This document shows, in pieces, positions 42,432-55,250 of a DNA stretch of 64,000 nucleotides (its first letter is position 1; each line of letters begins with the position of its first letter). This stretch comes from Octopus vulgaris. Lineage: Eukaryota. The DNA is taken from assembly GCA_951406725.2 (NCBI GenBank), contig OX597836.1, positions 28,830,001 through 28,894,000 of the forward strand, read 5' to 3'. Under the pieces are notes generated by a model. The model saw nothing but the letters and a program-made list of their open reading frames with translations, ran no database searches and was not told the DNA's origin. The position numbers and the translations under genes were made by a program.

Positions 42432-43879
42432 CTCTAAAATAACGCCAACACGACCGCCATAACCATTACTTTTACTACTACCACTAACACCACCATCATC
42501 ACCACTTCTACAATCGCCAACACAACCACCATGACCGTTTTATTACCACCATCATCATCATCACCACTTCTACAATCACCAACACAACCCTCCATAACCG
42601 TTATTAATACCACCAATACCACCGCCGCCGCCGCCACCACCACCGCTACCTCCATGATTAAGCTTGTACCTTTCACTTTAGCCCAAGGAGAGGGAGCGGT
42701 TTGTTGCAAACTGTAGTAAACAGGGGATACTGCCGCCGCCACCTCCACCATCACAACTAATCTGACTCCCTCACCCATCACTACAACACCACCACCACCA
42801 CCACCACCACTTCCCATAAACTACAGTGAGTACGGTTGGACCCTTTCTCTCATCCTGAGGGTAGACAGAAGATTAAAATACTTCAACTGGCTTAGGTGGT
42901 GCCATATTTGGGAGGTTATCACACACGCAAGTGCGCACACACACACACGTTCAAACACACGGACGCGCGCACACACGCACGCACACACACACACACACAC
43001 ATATACACTCACAGAAGTACAGCCACACATATACGCACGCTCACACACAAACGCGCGCACGCACACATGCACGCACACACACACGTTGAAACACACAGAC
43101 GCGCCCACACACACGCACACACACACACACATACGCACACACGAGCACACACACATACACATATACACACAGAGAAGTACAGCCACACATACACGCACGC
43201 TCACGCACACACATGCACACACACACACTAACACATACACACACACACAGAAGTGCAACCACGCACATGCGCATACACATACATACCCCACCCCAAACAT
43301 TTCCAATTGTTAAGTTAGCGTTAATAAGGTTTAATCCAAGGGGCTTTAAAAAGCCAACTGAACATTATCATACAATGACATAAGTAAACACAATGACGTT
43401 ATGTTATCCGTGATGCGCAATAGAATCACTATTGAATCAAAACAGCCCATCTACGTAACAGACCTGACGTAAATACATCGTTGACAGGCAAATTTACTGA
43501 GGTATTCGTCCAGAGATAACATCTCTTATGACGTACTCGTCATAGGCCCCCGGGAAAATCCGTGCACTGGGCCCTGTGGGTTAGTCCACATTACTCCCAA
43601 AGGAGCATAGAGTCGGTTTCCTGGCTTCTCTGGCGGATATATATTCCTCGCTAGACAGGATACTGGCCTGTCACAGGTTGACTCATTTTTTGCTGGCTGA
43701 GTGGACTGGGGCAACGTATGCTTTATTGATGAGGAGCTGTTTGACACGGCCCCAGAATTCAAATAGAATTCAAATATCTATGTTCTGATCTGTTTTTAAT
43801 TATTTGAAATCTTCCTGCAGAAAAGGAGCTGGTTTCTAAAAAAGATACAAAGCTCCAAAGTTGGAATATAGATAATAAA

Positions 43880-44480
43880 AACAATATCACATTTAAAACT
43901 TGAGAAAAGTCTTGCACATTTTTACTGTTCCACTTAGAAACTGTATTTGTTTGTAGCAGTTGTCCGTAGTTATTGGACAAGCAGTTGTCCATAGTTATAT
44001 TCTTTGTTTTCCCAAAGAGATTTTCACACCAGCGGGACAGCTGACCTCTATAGTGATGCATACGTTTTTCTTGTCTGCCCCAAGCAATAATATCCGGCCT
44101 GTTATGTTTATACTCGACAGATGTTTTGATGAGAATGCACCACCAGTATTCTTTGTGTTAGTGCTTATGTATATATTCAGTAACAAGGGGTTCTCTATAT
44201 TTATTCCAGGATAGTCTTTTTTCCAATTTTTCTTTTATTTTTTTTTTTTGGAATAGCATTGTATATTGTTTTTGTAACACCATCATGTTACGCAGAGTAT
44301 AGTATCTTGATGGTATTTTGGGGCAGCAGCTAATCACATGAGTCATGTCTTCCACAAAAATATGACATAATCTATATTTTCGGTTGCATCTTGGAGCTCC
44401 GCTATCTCTTTTGTTTATTTGATATTTAGTAGCAATCTCTTGTTCTTGGATTGCAAATGCATAGCCTTCGAAATGTGGAG
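43880..44480 (-). mobile_element. R4/Dong-like non-LTR fragment (zinc knuckle plus RLE endonuclease)
   Basis: EGYAFAIQEQEIATK...RLCHIFVEDMTHVISCCPK (CCHC-like), followed by KHNRPDII (RLE PD motif). Confidence 0.8.
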
Positions 44481-45090
44481 ATCCCCACCCACCACTCACC
44501 CACCCTTCAGTCACAAACACTCGCCTCACCACACACTACAGTCTCGTGCTGCAACTGTACACTCAATCAGGGTCATAGCCCCATCTTCGTCTTTGTCGCC
44601 CACGAACTCGTTTTCCATTTACCCAGTCCCGAGGGTGTGATGGATACAGAAGTTCTGAGCCTTGATAGCATGGCCAAAATATTGCAGTTTTTTCACCGCC
44701 ATCTGATCTTCGTCATCATCCTTCGTTCTTCGTCCATCTCCTCGGGACTAAGTAGTTTGAGCCAATGGTCCTCAACACTCACCCTTAGCACGTTATCTCG
44801 AACGTCGTCTGTCGCTTGGTGTCAACCACCCTTATGGTACATGCTCTATATCCATAGACTGCCGCCACTCGTCAGACCAGTGTTTTTGATCTCGCTCGGT
44901 AATCAGCCAAAAAGTCTAATGACGATTGATTCTGATAGGACCCTATAGAGGAGATGCCTGAGGACTCTACCCTCATGAACCTCCTGAGGAGAGTGGGCGA
45001 ATAAGATGGAAAGACGGAATGCTAGAGCCCAAAGACACACTGCTTAACAGGGTTTTTTGGTTGTTGTCGTCGTCGACATTTATAGTTAAA

Positions 45091-45462
45091 CTAGCACTAT
45101 GACCCGACAACGCCGGGTCATAGTGCTAGTGCATGCATATACAGCTGCATGCGTGCACGCATACACGCGAGTGTACTGTCCGAATCTCCGACCAATCAAA
45201 TACAGCTAGCAGACATTCAATTGGCATATCAAGTTTCGGGTATTTTGATTGGGTTTTGGATAGAAAATTCATAAAAAAAAGTCACTTCCATTGATTTTTT
45301 AATGGCTTTGCGGGGTGACTGGGGAAATGTAAAGATGTGTACGACCCCCACCTTGGACGGTTTTGAATGACCATAGAAAGTGCGAGCCCTCTAACTAAAA
45401 AATTGTGGATTTGTATAAAGGACACACACACAGACAGACATTTTGCCGTTTATATATGTAGA
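45091..45462 (-). mobile_element. Non-autonomous Helitron with 17-bp terminal hairpin
   Basis: 5' TCTACATATATAAAC; 3' hairpin ending CTAG|T. Confidence 0.8.
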
Positions 45463-46525
45463 GAAGATGATCGAGAAGGAAATATCGTATGCTGCTATTA
45501 CATTGCTAATAACTTATCATCAGTTTGACGTATTCGTTGAGGGCGTAGTATCTCCATATTATATTGAGTGAACTCAGAGCTAATCTTCCTGCGCCAAGTC
45601 TTCCTCTAATTTCCTTCTTGCAACCTATTGTTTGATTAAACGGCACCTGAAAAAGATTGGAGACTATGCGTTTACTGTTTTCAGATATATTGATCAGCCG
45701 CTTCGAGGATTTTTTCGACGATTATATCGATCCCCATACTTTGTCTGCTATTTCTTTTATCGATCCCCATACTTTGTCTGCTATTTCTTTTATCGATCTA
45801 TAAGTGACGACTAGCAAAGTGTATAGAGATACAACAGATGCTGAACCGAAAGAAACTTCGACGCATTGAATATCCATATATACCAAATAGGATTCAGTGC
45901 AGAATCTCTCTTCCAAATTTCATTCGCAAGTTCTTTGAGCATTTCGAATCTATGGTAGAAAATACCTACCCTTAAATGCCATGCAGTGGGATCGAACTAC
46001 AACGGGAACTTCTTTACTTGCCTGCTCCTATCTCTGAACAAAAATAAATAGTTATATGAGATTTCTAGAATGTAATTTGCGGTTCTTGCTTTATTTCATT
46101 ATCCTACGACTGACTTTGTGTAGTGGCTAATTCTCCCCAATGCTTAACTACTTAAGGTTAATTTCTTAACTACTTAAGGTTAATAACTACTTAGGGTTAA
46201 GTTCAGAAGATAAGGGACGGAAGAGTTCTTTCCCTTGTGCGTTGTCTTTAATTTTGTGATTTTTCCCTTTGCTAGTTACACTCCCTGACAGATTAAGGTA
46301 TCTCGGAGATCGGAAACTATCTCCAGGCCAAACCGTAATTTCTCTGCATTGAGAAGTCACAGCTCTTGGACCATGGACTTGTGATTAGAACTGTCACAAG
46401 AAAGAATTCGCAGACAGATTCTTCAAGTCGAGCCAACCAGCAAGAGGCCAAGGGTTAGACAACCCTTATCCAACGAGATGGTTGGATAACAACCATAACC
46501 TCAGTTGGCCACATTTGGGAATCCA

Positions 46526-46931
46526 GGCGCAGGAGTGGCTGTGTGGTAAGTAGCTTGTTTACCAACCACATGGTTTCGGGTTCAGTCCCACTGCGTGACA
46601 CCTTGGGCAAGTGTCTTCTACTATAGCCTTGGGCCGACCAAAGCCTTTTGAGTGGATTTGGTAGACGGAAACTGAAAGAAGCCCGTCGTATATATGTATA
46701 TATATATATATATATGCGTGTGTTTGTGTGTCTGTGTTTGTCCCCCCAACATCACTTGACAACCAATGTTGGTGTGTTTATGTCCCCGTAACTTAGCGGT
46801 TCGGCAAAAGAGACCGATAGAATAAGTACTGGGCTTACAAAAATAAGTCCTGGGGTCGAGTTGCTCGATTAAAGGCGGTGCTCCAGCATGGCCGCGGTCA
46901 AATGACTGAAACAAGTAAAAGAGTAAAAGAG
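46526..46931 (+). mobile_element. SINE family A (tRNA-derived head, internal (TA/TG)n, (AAAGAGT)n tail), full-length copy
   Basis: Head GGCGCAGGAGTGGCTGTGTGGTAAG..GGTTCAGTCCC. Other copies: ~583-770(-), 4925-5314(+), 7311-7470(-), 7821-8215(+), 11630-11925(-), 20460-20860(-), 32039-32435(+), 35960-36365(+), 36390-36765(-), 52800-52930(+), 53175-53335(-), 63850-63950(-). Confidence 0.9.
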
Positions 46932-47014
46932 CAAAGAGAGCTCCATTTGTCAGTCTTAGCATGATTTTTATGGCTGGATGCCCTTCCTAACAGCAACAAC
47001 TTTACAGGCTGTAC

Positions 47015-47420
47015 TGGGTGCTTTTTACATGGCACTGACGGAGGTACTTTTATTGTGACCCCGGATCAGGTGCGTTTACGTGACACCAGCATGGGTACTT
47101 TTTATGTGACACTGGCTCGGGTGCTTTTATGTGACATTGGCGAAGTGATTTTACGTGACACCAGCATGGGTGTCTTTTATGTGGCACGGGTGCTTTTTAT
47201 GTAATACCGCTTCAAATCATTTTACATAGCACTGACATTGGCGCTTTTTACGCGACACCGGCATGGGCGTTTTTTCTGTGACACTGGTACGAGTGCTTTT
47301 TACGTGACACTGGCTCGGATGCTTTTTATGTGACACTGGCAAAGTGACTTTACGTGACACCAGCATGGGTGCCTTTTATGTGGCACCGGTTCAAATGCTT
47401 TTACGTAGTACTGGCACGCA
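47015..47420. repeat. Degenerate ~23-bp tandem array inside SINE family D
   Basis: GGTGCTTTTTA(C/T)GTGACAC(C/T)GGCA repeated many times. Confidence 0.8.
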
Positions 47421-47685
47421 ATAAGTTTGTACCGTTGATTTCTGCTATGAGAAGAGAGCTGGGCGAAGAAAGATAGCGAGAAAATAATGTAAATTTTTAT
47501 ATTAACACCCGCACGATTTTTACTAAGAAAAAAAAATTACGGAAGACTACCAAGAGTCATGTGGAGATGAAATGGTTGTGCTTCGACCGGGAGCGCCAAG
47601 GCTGAGATATAGTATAGCCCTTTTCTTTTAAGTTAAGACGATTACATATATATATGTGTGTGTGTGTGTGCGTGTGTGTGTGTGT

Positions 47686-48020
47686 GAAGGCGCATGACTC
47701 AGTGGTTAGAGCGTCGAGCTTACGACCGTGAGGTTGTAAGTTCGAATCCCGGACCGGGCTGTATGTTGTGTTCTTGAGCAAAGCACTTTATTTTCCGTTG
47801 CTCCAGTTCACTCAGCTGTAGAAATGAGTTGCGACGTCACAGGCGCCAAGCTGTATCGGCCTTTGCCATTCCCTTGGAAAACATCAGTGCCGTAGAGAGG
47901 GAAGGCTAGTATGCATGGGTGACTGCTGGTCTTCCATAAACAACCTTGCCCGGACTTGTGCCTCGGAGGGTAACTTTCTAGGTGCAATCCTATGGTCAAT
48001 CATGACCGAAGGGGGTCTCA
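47686..48020 (+). mobile_element. SINE family C (tRNA-derived head)
   Basis: GAAGGCGCATGACTCAGTGGTTAGAGC...GTTCGAATCCC. Related copies: ~2905-3255(-), 6150-6410(-), 15700-15975(-), 17190-17460(-), 57885-58255(-), 61650-61975(-), 62190-62495(+). Confidence 0.8.
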
Positions 48021-48258
48021 GCATATATATATATATATATATATATATAAAGCAAATACGAAAATGGAGAAGCACATTAGTTGATTCATCAACTTTAGGA
48101 CATTAGAATGTTGACTTATTTATTTATCAAAACGACAACCATATTAACATACATACATATAGTATAATATTCAATGCATATTAAGATAAGAATACAAGCA
48201 GTTTGGATAAATATTATCCCTTAGTGGGTTGGATCCACAACCCCTAACTTTCTTGGTG

Positions 48259-48347
<89 letters not shown>

Positions 48348-48547
48348 CGTATATTTACCATTTGAATATGGCTAACCCCTAAGGGTGGATGCTACTGTAG
48401 TTTGTAGCCCCAGGAAGACACCTCCTCCAGCTGGCTATAGACACACTCTCTGTGCCCTATCAGTATTTGTGAAGGGAAGTCATCCTTCCCGTCTTCAACT
48501 TATGATACACACGGACTCGAGTTTCAAGGTATTTACCTATCATCGGC

Positions 48548-48591
<44 letters not shown>

Positions 48592-49054
48592 TTATTAGTC
48601 TTCCGTAATTGTAACCTTGGTAGTCTTCTGTAATTTTTTTTTTTTTTTAGTGAGAATCATGCGGGTGTTAATATCAAAATTTACCGAAAATAAACCCAGA
48701 CGCAGAAGTAAAGTAGAATATGAGGACAGAAGGTAGAAGAAGGTACGAGACAAAGAAAGAGACATTTTATGAGAAATATATACTGAAGTATTCAGGTGAA
48801 TGAAATTGAGACGAAGATCATGGCAACAGAATAATGTAGAAGGAAAGGACAATGTAACAACATGATTCCATGTAAGACGATCATTGAGCTTTAAGAGGAG
48901 AAAAATGTGGAAAAGAAAGCTTGTTTCTAAATCATATGTTTAGTGATATATTGTTCGTCTGCACATGTGTGTGTATGAATGTGTATGTATGTACATGTGT
49001 ACGTACGTATGTACGCATATATCTCTAAGAAAATAGTTCATCGAAAGTATGTGT

Positions 49055-49085
<31 letters not shown>

Positions 49086-49164
49086 CATAGACAGGCAGGC
49101 AGGCAGACAGACATACACATAGACATACAGGCAGACAGACAGATAGACAGACAGATAGATAGAC

Positions 49165-49295
<131 letters not shown>

Positions 49296-49666
49296 TAGAT
49301 AGATAGATACATACATACATACATACATACATACATACATACATACATACATGCATGCATACATACATACATACATACATACACACACACATACACAGCC
49401 ACATACACAGCCACATACACACATTCAATGAACTACGTTGTTAGAGACTGGAAGGCTATTTTTGAATGATAGTTATATTCTTAATAATTTCTCTAACTCT
49501 TTTCCAGGAATATTTGCTATTCATTTTCCATTATCTATGGCTGAAGGTGGATAACCTCTCTAGAACTAGAGGAATAAATACATAACGGTCAGTTGGTCTT
49601 GAAGCAAAAATACTTGTCCGTGCTGTGAGACGGGGGTTAGCAGGGCAGGGTGATCTCCCTTATATC

Positions 49667-49905
49667 GACTCTGGCCATGGTGAAATTCGAAGGAGCTGTG
49701 GTGGGACTATTCAACAATGAGAGATTCCAAGTCTGAAGTAGAGAACATTTTAGATGAGGTCATTGACTGAATACCTCTTTCTTGAGTTTAAAAAGGTCCA
49801 CAGGTCGAGCAAATTTCTTAGGATTATTGTCCACTCAGCCAAGCAAAGTTTACATCGTTGAATAGTCTCACCGCAGTTCATTCAAATATCACCATGGTCA
49901 GAGCC
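49667..49905. repeat. ~53-bp imperfect inverted repeat (probable MITE)
   Basis: GACTCTGGCCATGGTGAAATTCGAAGGAGCTGTGGTGGGACTATTCAACAATG pairs with CATCGTTGAATAGTCTCACCGCAGTTCATTCAAATATCACCATGGTCAGAGCC. Confidence 0.7.
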
Positions 49906-50003
49906 AATGAAAAGGAAATAACCCCATCCCACTGATCCTATCCTGCAGCATGGACAACTGTTTTTTGTTTATAAAACTAACTGACCATTTTATATTTCTT
50001 CCA

Positions 50004-50069
<66 letters not shown>

Positions 50070-50074
50070 CCATT

Positions 50075-50690
50075 CTCCAAGCCTTCTGGCGACTCCAGTC
50101 TGACCCCTCCACCTCACACATCTTCCCCAACCTACTCCTTCCCTCCTTTAAATGAGCCCACAACCTTTGTGACCTCCTGGTCCACAGTTTCTTCCCTAAC
50201 TCCACCTCCCAACCTATCTCATTCCCTGCTCCTGCCCATGCTACCACACTTGCCCCTACCTCTCCAACACCACCATCCCCACAGGTATCCTTCATATCAC
50301 TGGCTCCTTTTCCTGTACTTCTAGTAACATCATTTACTGCATCTCCTGCTCCTTCTGCCCTTCTCTATACATCGGCCAAACAGGATGCTGCTTGGCTGAC
50401 TGGATCACGGAACACCTCTGAGACATCAGACTCAGCAATGACACCCCAGCCTCGCGCCATTTCCACTCTACCGGTTATTCACTACAATACCTGTCTGGGT
50501 TTGGATTGTCTTTGCATAGGGGCTATCCAGACTCCCGCCTTCACTGTGAACAGGAATTAATTTCTCTTCGCTCTTTTGCATCACATGGGCTCAACTCCCC
50601 TCCTCTCCCCTTTTCATCTGACACCTACTTCCTCTCTTTACTCCTACCACCTTCTCTCTTCATTTATAGAGTTGAGCCACTCACAAGGCT
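50075..50690 (+). mobile_element. Penelope-like element GIY-YIG endonuclease fragment
   Basis: ITGSFSCTSSNIIYCISCSFCPSLYIGQTGCCLADWITEHL*DIR...ASRHFHSTG fits the PLE CxSxNxIYxIxCxxC..YIGQT..L..R..EH pattern. Confidence 0.85.
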
Positions 50691-50753
50691 TTATATATAT
50701 ATATGCATGTGCAACATCGATATTCCTCCCTGTTTGTGAAATCTTGTATCCCT

Positions 50754-50936
50754 GCAGCAAGTATAGATGGGCTGGACACGTCGCCCGGCTCACCAATAAT
50801 CGGTGGACGCATGCAATAGTCGAGTGGTACCCGCGTGAGCGGAAAAGACCACCCGGAAGACCTCCACGACAGTGGAGTGACAATTTCAGGAGGACGATTG
50901 GGATCACGTGGATGAGAAAGGCGCGATCCAGAGAGG
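50754..50936 (+). mobile_element. 183-bp near-identical duplicate of RTE segment 51604-51786
   Basis: Direct alignment by eye shows three substitutions. Confidence 0.85.
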
Positions 50937-51429
50937 CTTCATTTCCACACATGCCAGCTTAATTTTATTTCGTCCTTTGTCAAAAGACACCTGTTGTTAT
51001 GTCCTGTTATTATTTTCATTTTTATTGTATTTGTGTAACATTATCCGTTTTTTTACCGTCCTTGTTTTTGGATACATTCACTGCTTTCTTTCAAGGAATC
51101 TAATGCTCTTAGCTTAGTTTTTCCTTGGGGCTGGCCAGATTGGAGCAATCTCAAGTATAATCAACCAAAATTACGAAGATAATCTAGTATTTGACTGAGG
51201 AAAGAAAACTTTGAATGACGCGTCCTTGTTTTCTTTGTATCGTCTATCTAGATGTTTTGTTGTCCCATTTTTGTATCGCCTAACTGTCCAGTTGTTTTGC
51301 TTTTTTTGTCTCATTTTGCATTTTATATATGTCTAGTGGTGTACGTACACTTTGGTCTCTTTTATATAAGTATACAGTTTTCTAAATCTTGTATGACTCT
51401 ATTATATACTGAACTAACTTCGTATATAT

Positions 51430-51860
51430 ATATGTTATATGGTAGTGAAACATGGGCTACCACAAAGAGAGAAGAGCAAAGACTGGTAACGGCTCAAAGA
51501 GCCATGGAAAGGTCAATGCTTGGTATCTCGTTGAGAGAGCACATAAGTAGCAAGATCATCAGAAAGAAGTCCGGCATGAGAGATGTCATCGCAGAGTATA
51601 CACGCAGCAAGTATAGATGGGCTGGACACGTCGCCCAGCTCACTAATAATCGGTGGACGCATGCAATAGTCGAGTGGTACCCGCGTGAGCGGAAAAGACC
51701 ACCCGGAAGACCTCCACGACAGTGGAGTGACAATTTCAGGAGGACGATTGGGATCACGTGGATGAGAAAGGCGTGATCCAGAGAGGAGTGGACAGCGTGC
51801 TGTGACCAGCGGTGTCAAATGGACGCCTGACAGACTGGTCGGTCAAAGTGATCAAAGTGA
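51430..51860 (+). mobile_element. RTE LINE 3' end
   Basis: LYGSETWATTKREEQRLVTAQRAMERSMLG...KYRWAGHVA...WYPRERKRPPGRP; short tandem tail TCAAAGTGA x2. Confidence 0.9.
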
Positions 51861-52479
51861 TATATATATATATATATATACACAAACACATATCGAACCC
51901 ATGCCAGCATGGAGGACAAATGTTAAATGATGATGATGAAGATGATACATACATAATCTTGTATCAATAAAATCTGTTGTTTAAACATTCATGAGCTTGC
52001 TTTTGTTATGATTCATGCAGCCAGACAGATCTTACATTCATTTAAAAAAAGATAAAGTATCAATCCTTCTCATGACCAATCACATGATGATGGCCTTCAA
52101 CAAACAAATATATCAGCTTGCAACAAAAATATATAATATTATAGGTCTGTTTCAGCTGATATCACTAATTGGTTTCACACCAGGTATTAGATAACCAGAT
52201 ATTAAATAACAGGTGTAGGGTATCTATATACACATGCTCTTTAGCAATGACAGGTATAGGAAAAAAAATATGATAATTGCTCTCTGCTATTGGAGTTGAT
52301 AAAATGTAAATCCAGTTTGTGGGTGCTATTTTCTACCAACCAGTGTAAAACCAATTGATAAGATAAGCCAAAATGAATCTATGATATTGATTAATACACC
52401 CACTCTATTGATAAATACATAAGTGTTTATTTTTTCTCAACTTATTGATCTTTAAACAATTTTGAATACAAATAGACAG

Positions 52480-52518
<39 letters not shown>

Positions 52519-52726
52519 AGATTGAAAGATAGGAATTTGTTCAGAATTATTTATATTTTCTATGTTCTTATTTAGAATTCTCTAGAAATTATTTCTCAGC
52601 CAGATCTAGCTCAAATTACACTCTAATATCACACACACACACACATTGTAGAGTGAGATTTGAGGTTGACTTGGCTGTTATACTTGAGAAATAATTGATA
52701 TATATATAGATATAGATATAGATAGG

Positions 52727-52796
<70 letters not shown>

Positions 52797-54369
52797 TAGA
52801 TGTGGTAAGTACCTTGCTTGCCAACCACATGGTTCGGGGTTCAGTCCCACTGTATGGAACCTTGGGCTAGTGTCTTCTACTATAGCCTCAGAGAGGATTT
52901 GGTAGACGGAAACTGAAAAAGGCCTGTCATATATATAGCTGGCAGAATCATTAGCACACTGGGTGAAATGCTTTGTGGTATTTTGTCTGCTGCTATGTTC
53001 TGAGTTCAAATTCCGCCAAGGTTGACTTTGTCTTTCATCCCTTTAGGGTTGATTAAATAAGTACCAGTTATGCACTGGAGTCGATGTAATTGACTTAACC
53101 ACTTTGTTTGTCCTTGTTTGTTCTCTCTGTGTTTAGCCCCCTGTGGGCAATAAAGAAATAGATAGCTATTCAAATGACTTTTTCCAGTTTCCACCTACCA
53201 AATTCATTCACAAGGCTTCAATCAGTCTGAGGTTATAATAAAAGATATTTGCCCAAGGTTCCACACAGTGGGACTGAACCCACAACCACATGACTGGGAA
53301 GCAAACATCTTACCACACAGCCATACCTGCACCTGATGTGGGAATTTTGTTATTCTTTTCAGATTTAGTCAAGCTTAAAAGTAAAGGAATAAATAGATAT
53401 GCCAAGTTCAAATCACAACGTTCTTTGTACTTAAAGTCAGTTTACATGATGTTTTAAGGTTCACAAAAGAATGTGGACTGCATACAATATCATCATCATC
53501 ATTATCATTTAACGTCTGCTTTCCCTGCTGGCATGAGTTGGACGTTTTGACTGAAAACGGGTGAGCTGGGGAGATAGAGTAGGTTCCTGTCTGGTTTGGC
53601 ATGGTTTCTACAACTTGATGCCCTTCCTAATGCCAACCACTCCAAGAGTGTAGTGGGTGCTTCTTACATACCACTGGTACGGGTGCCATTGATGTGACAC
53701 TGGCATCAGCTACTTGTTTGAACGGTGCTTTTTATGTGCCACCGGCATGAATGTCAGTCAACCAGTATTGGCATCAGCCATGGCTACGATTTCACTTGGC
53801 TTGACAGGTTTTCTCAAGCACAGCATTTCACCCAACGTTTGAGGAGTGATTTTAACACACCAGTTACATTTCACTGGCATCAGCCACGATTTTAATCTCA
53901 CTTGGCTTGATGAGTCTTCACAAGCATAGCATATCACCAAAGGTCTCTGTCATTTGTCATTACCGCTGCAAGGCCCAACATCCAAAGATCATGCTTCACC
54001 ACCTTAAATTTTCAGGACGTGGCACAATGGATAGCAAATATTAAGGTCACAACTAAATATTGCAAAGTACACTGTAAACACTTCCATCATTGCACTTATT
54101 ATATATTGTCTTAACTCTTTGAATGTAGAAAACAGAAATATCCTCTCAGAATTTTATTTCCTTAAATACAGAAAGTGGTTTTCACCAATGGCTTTGAAAA
54201 ATCCCTTCCTTATGCTGCAATGTAATTTTTCAGATTTCCTTAATTTTTTCACATATTTCAGGAAATATTTCTTTACAGAGGAAAAATCAAATACCTTTCG
54301 TAGTGGATATCAAGACTGTATCTCCTACAGGAGATACTGTAAAATACTGGTGGACAAACAACATCATTA

Positions 54370-55250
54370 CGAGAAAGACCATCAAATTTAATTGCGCAAC
54401 CAAAGCGTTAAATGCCTTCATAGAGAGAGCTCCCCATGTAATTCCAAGGACAAGGTAATAGCCAACAAAGAATGAAGTACAAGTGCTAGGTTAATTCTTT
54501 TTCGAAAGACATTAACGATATTGGTCTATTTGAACGTAGTAACATCTGCTGTAACGAATCAACTGAAACAAAACCGCTAGGCTTGGAAAACAATGAGAAG
54601 CAAGTCTCATCAGCTAGGGCTAGTCTTACGAAGGGAAGTAAATCAGTGAGAGTAAATAACTGAGTTACCGTTCTTAATAATGCTCTCCCTTACACTTTCT
54701 CTCTCTCTCTTATTCCTTCTCTGTCTTTCTCCAATTCTATCTATCTTTCCCTCTCTCTGTCATTATCTCTCTGTTTCTTTTTTGCTTTCACATGACATAA
54801 TCCTGGCAAAATGGCGCCTCCGATGACACCTCCCACTGTTGCTGGGAGCAGTGGTCCGGCTTCAGACTCGAGCCAGCAACTGTCCAGCACGGTAAATATC
54901 GATTCTTTTCTTTCATTCAACAATTCTTTGATTCTGCTTTCTGGAATTTACCGTTGTTTCATGTCTACTGATGTAAATATCAAAAGCTGTGCGGATGTAT
55001 ATACAACAAGCTCAACTGCCAACCAGCTTATTATAACCTCACCGTTTATTGACCAGATGACCAACACATCAACTTCTCAACAGCCATAGACGTTTTCTTA
55101 TATTAATCTTATATTGTTACACTGCCGCAACACAAAGAAACAAATAATGTTTTCATAGCAAAGCCTCTGAAAGTCTCCTTTCTCAACAGTCCGTCGTTTC
55201 ACCTCCTTTAACTTTCATTCATCGTTTTTGTTTGTGTTATGAAATGACGA
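54370..55250. promoter_or_regulatory. Putative WASHC2 promoter / CpG-retaining 5' region
   Basis: Unique sequence retaining CpGs around exon 1, with a pyrimidine tract at 54680-54790, flanked by CpG-depleted DNA. Confidence 0.45.
54811..54891 (+). CDS. WASHC2: WASH complex subunit 2 (FAM21), probable coding exon 1: MAPPMTPPTVAGSSGPASDSSQQLSST
   Basis: ATG in strong context (CAAAATGG) inside a CpG-retaining region; 81 nt ending ACG|gtaaat; phase 0 matches the recognisable exon 2. The peptide itself is not conserved, so the link is inferred. Confidence 0.7.

Noticed and set aside
48365-48440. Twister or HDV-like ribozyme
   Set aside because: Superficial likeness (GCTACTG...AGCCC), but the required pseudoknot partners and conserved residues could not be placed.
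54892-55089. Track ORF 54811-55089 as a single-exon 92-aa gene
   Set aside because: A donor at 54892 and the in-phase FAM21 exon 2 indicate the rest is intron read-through.
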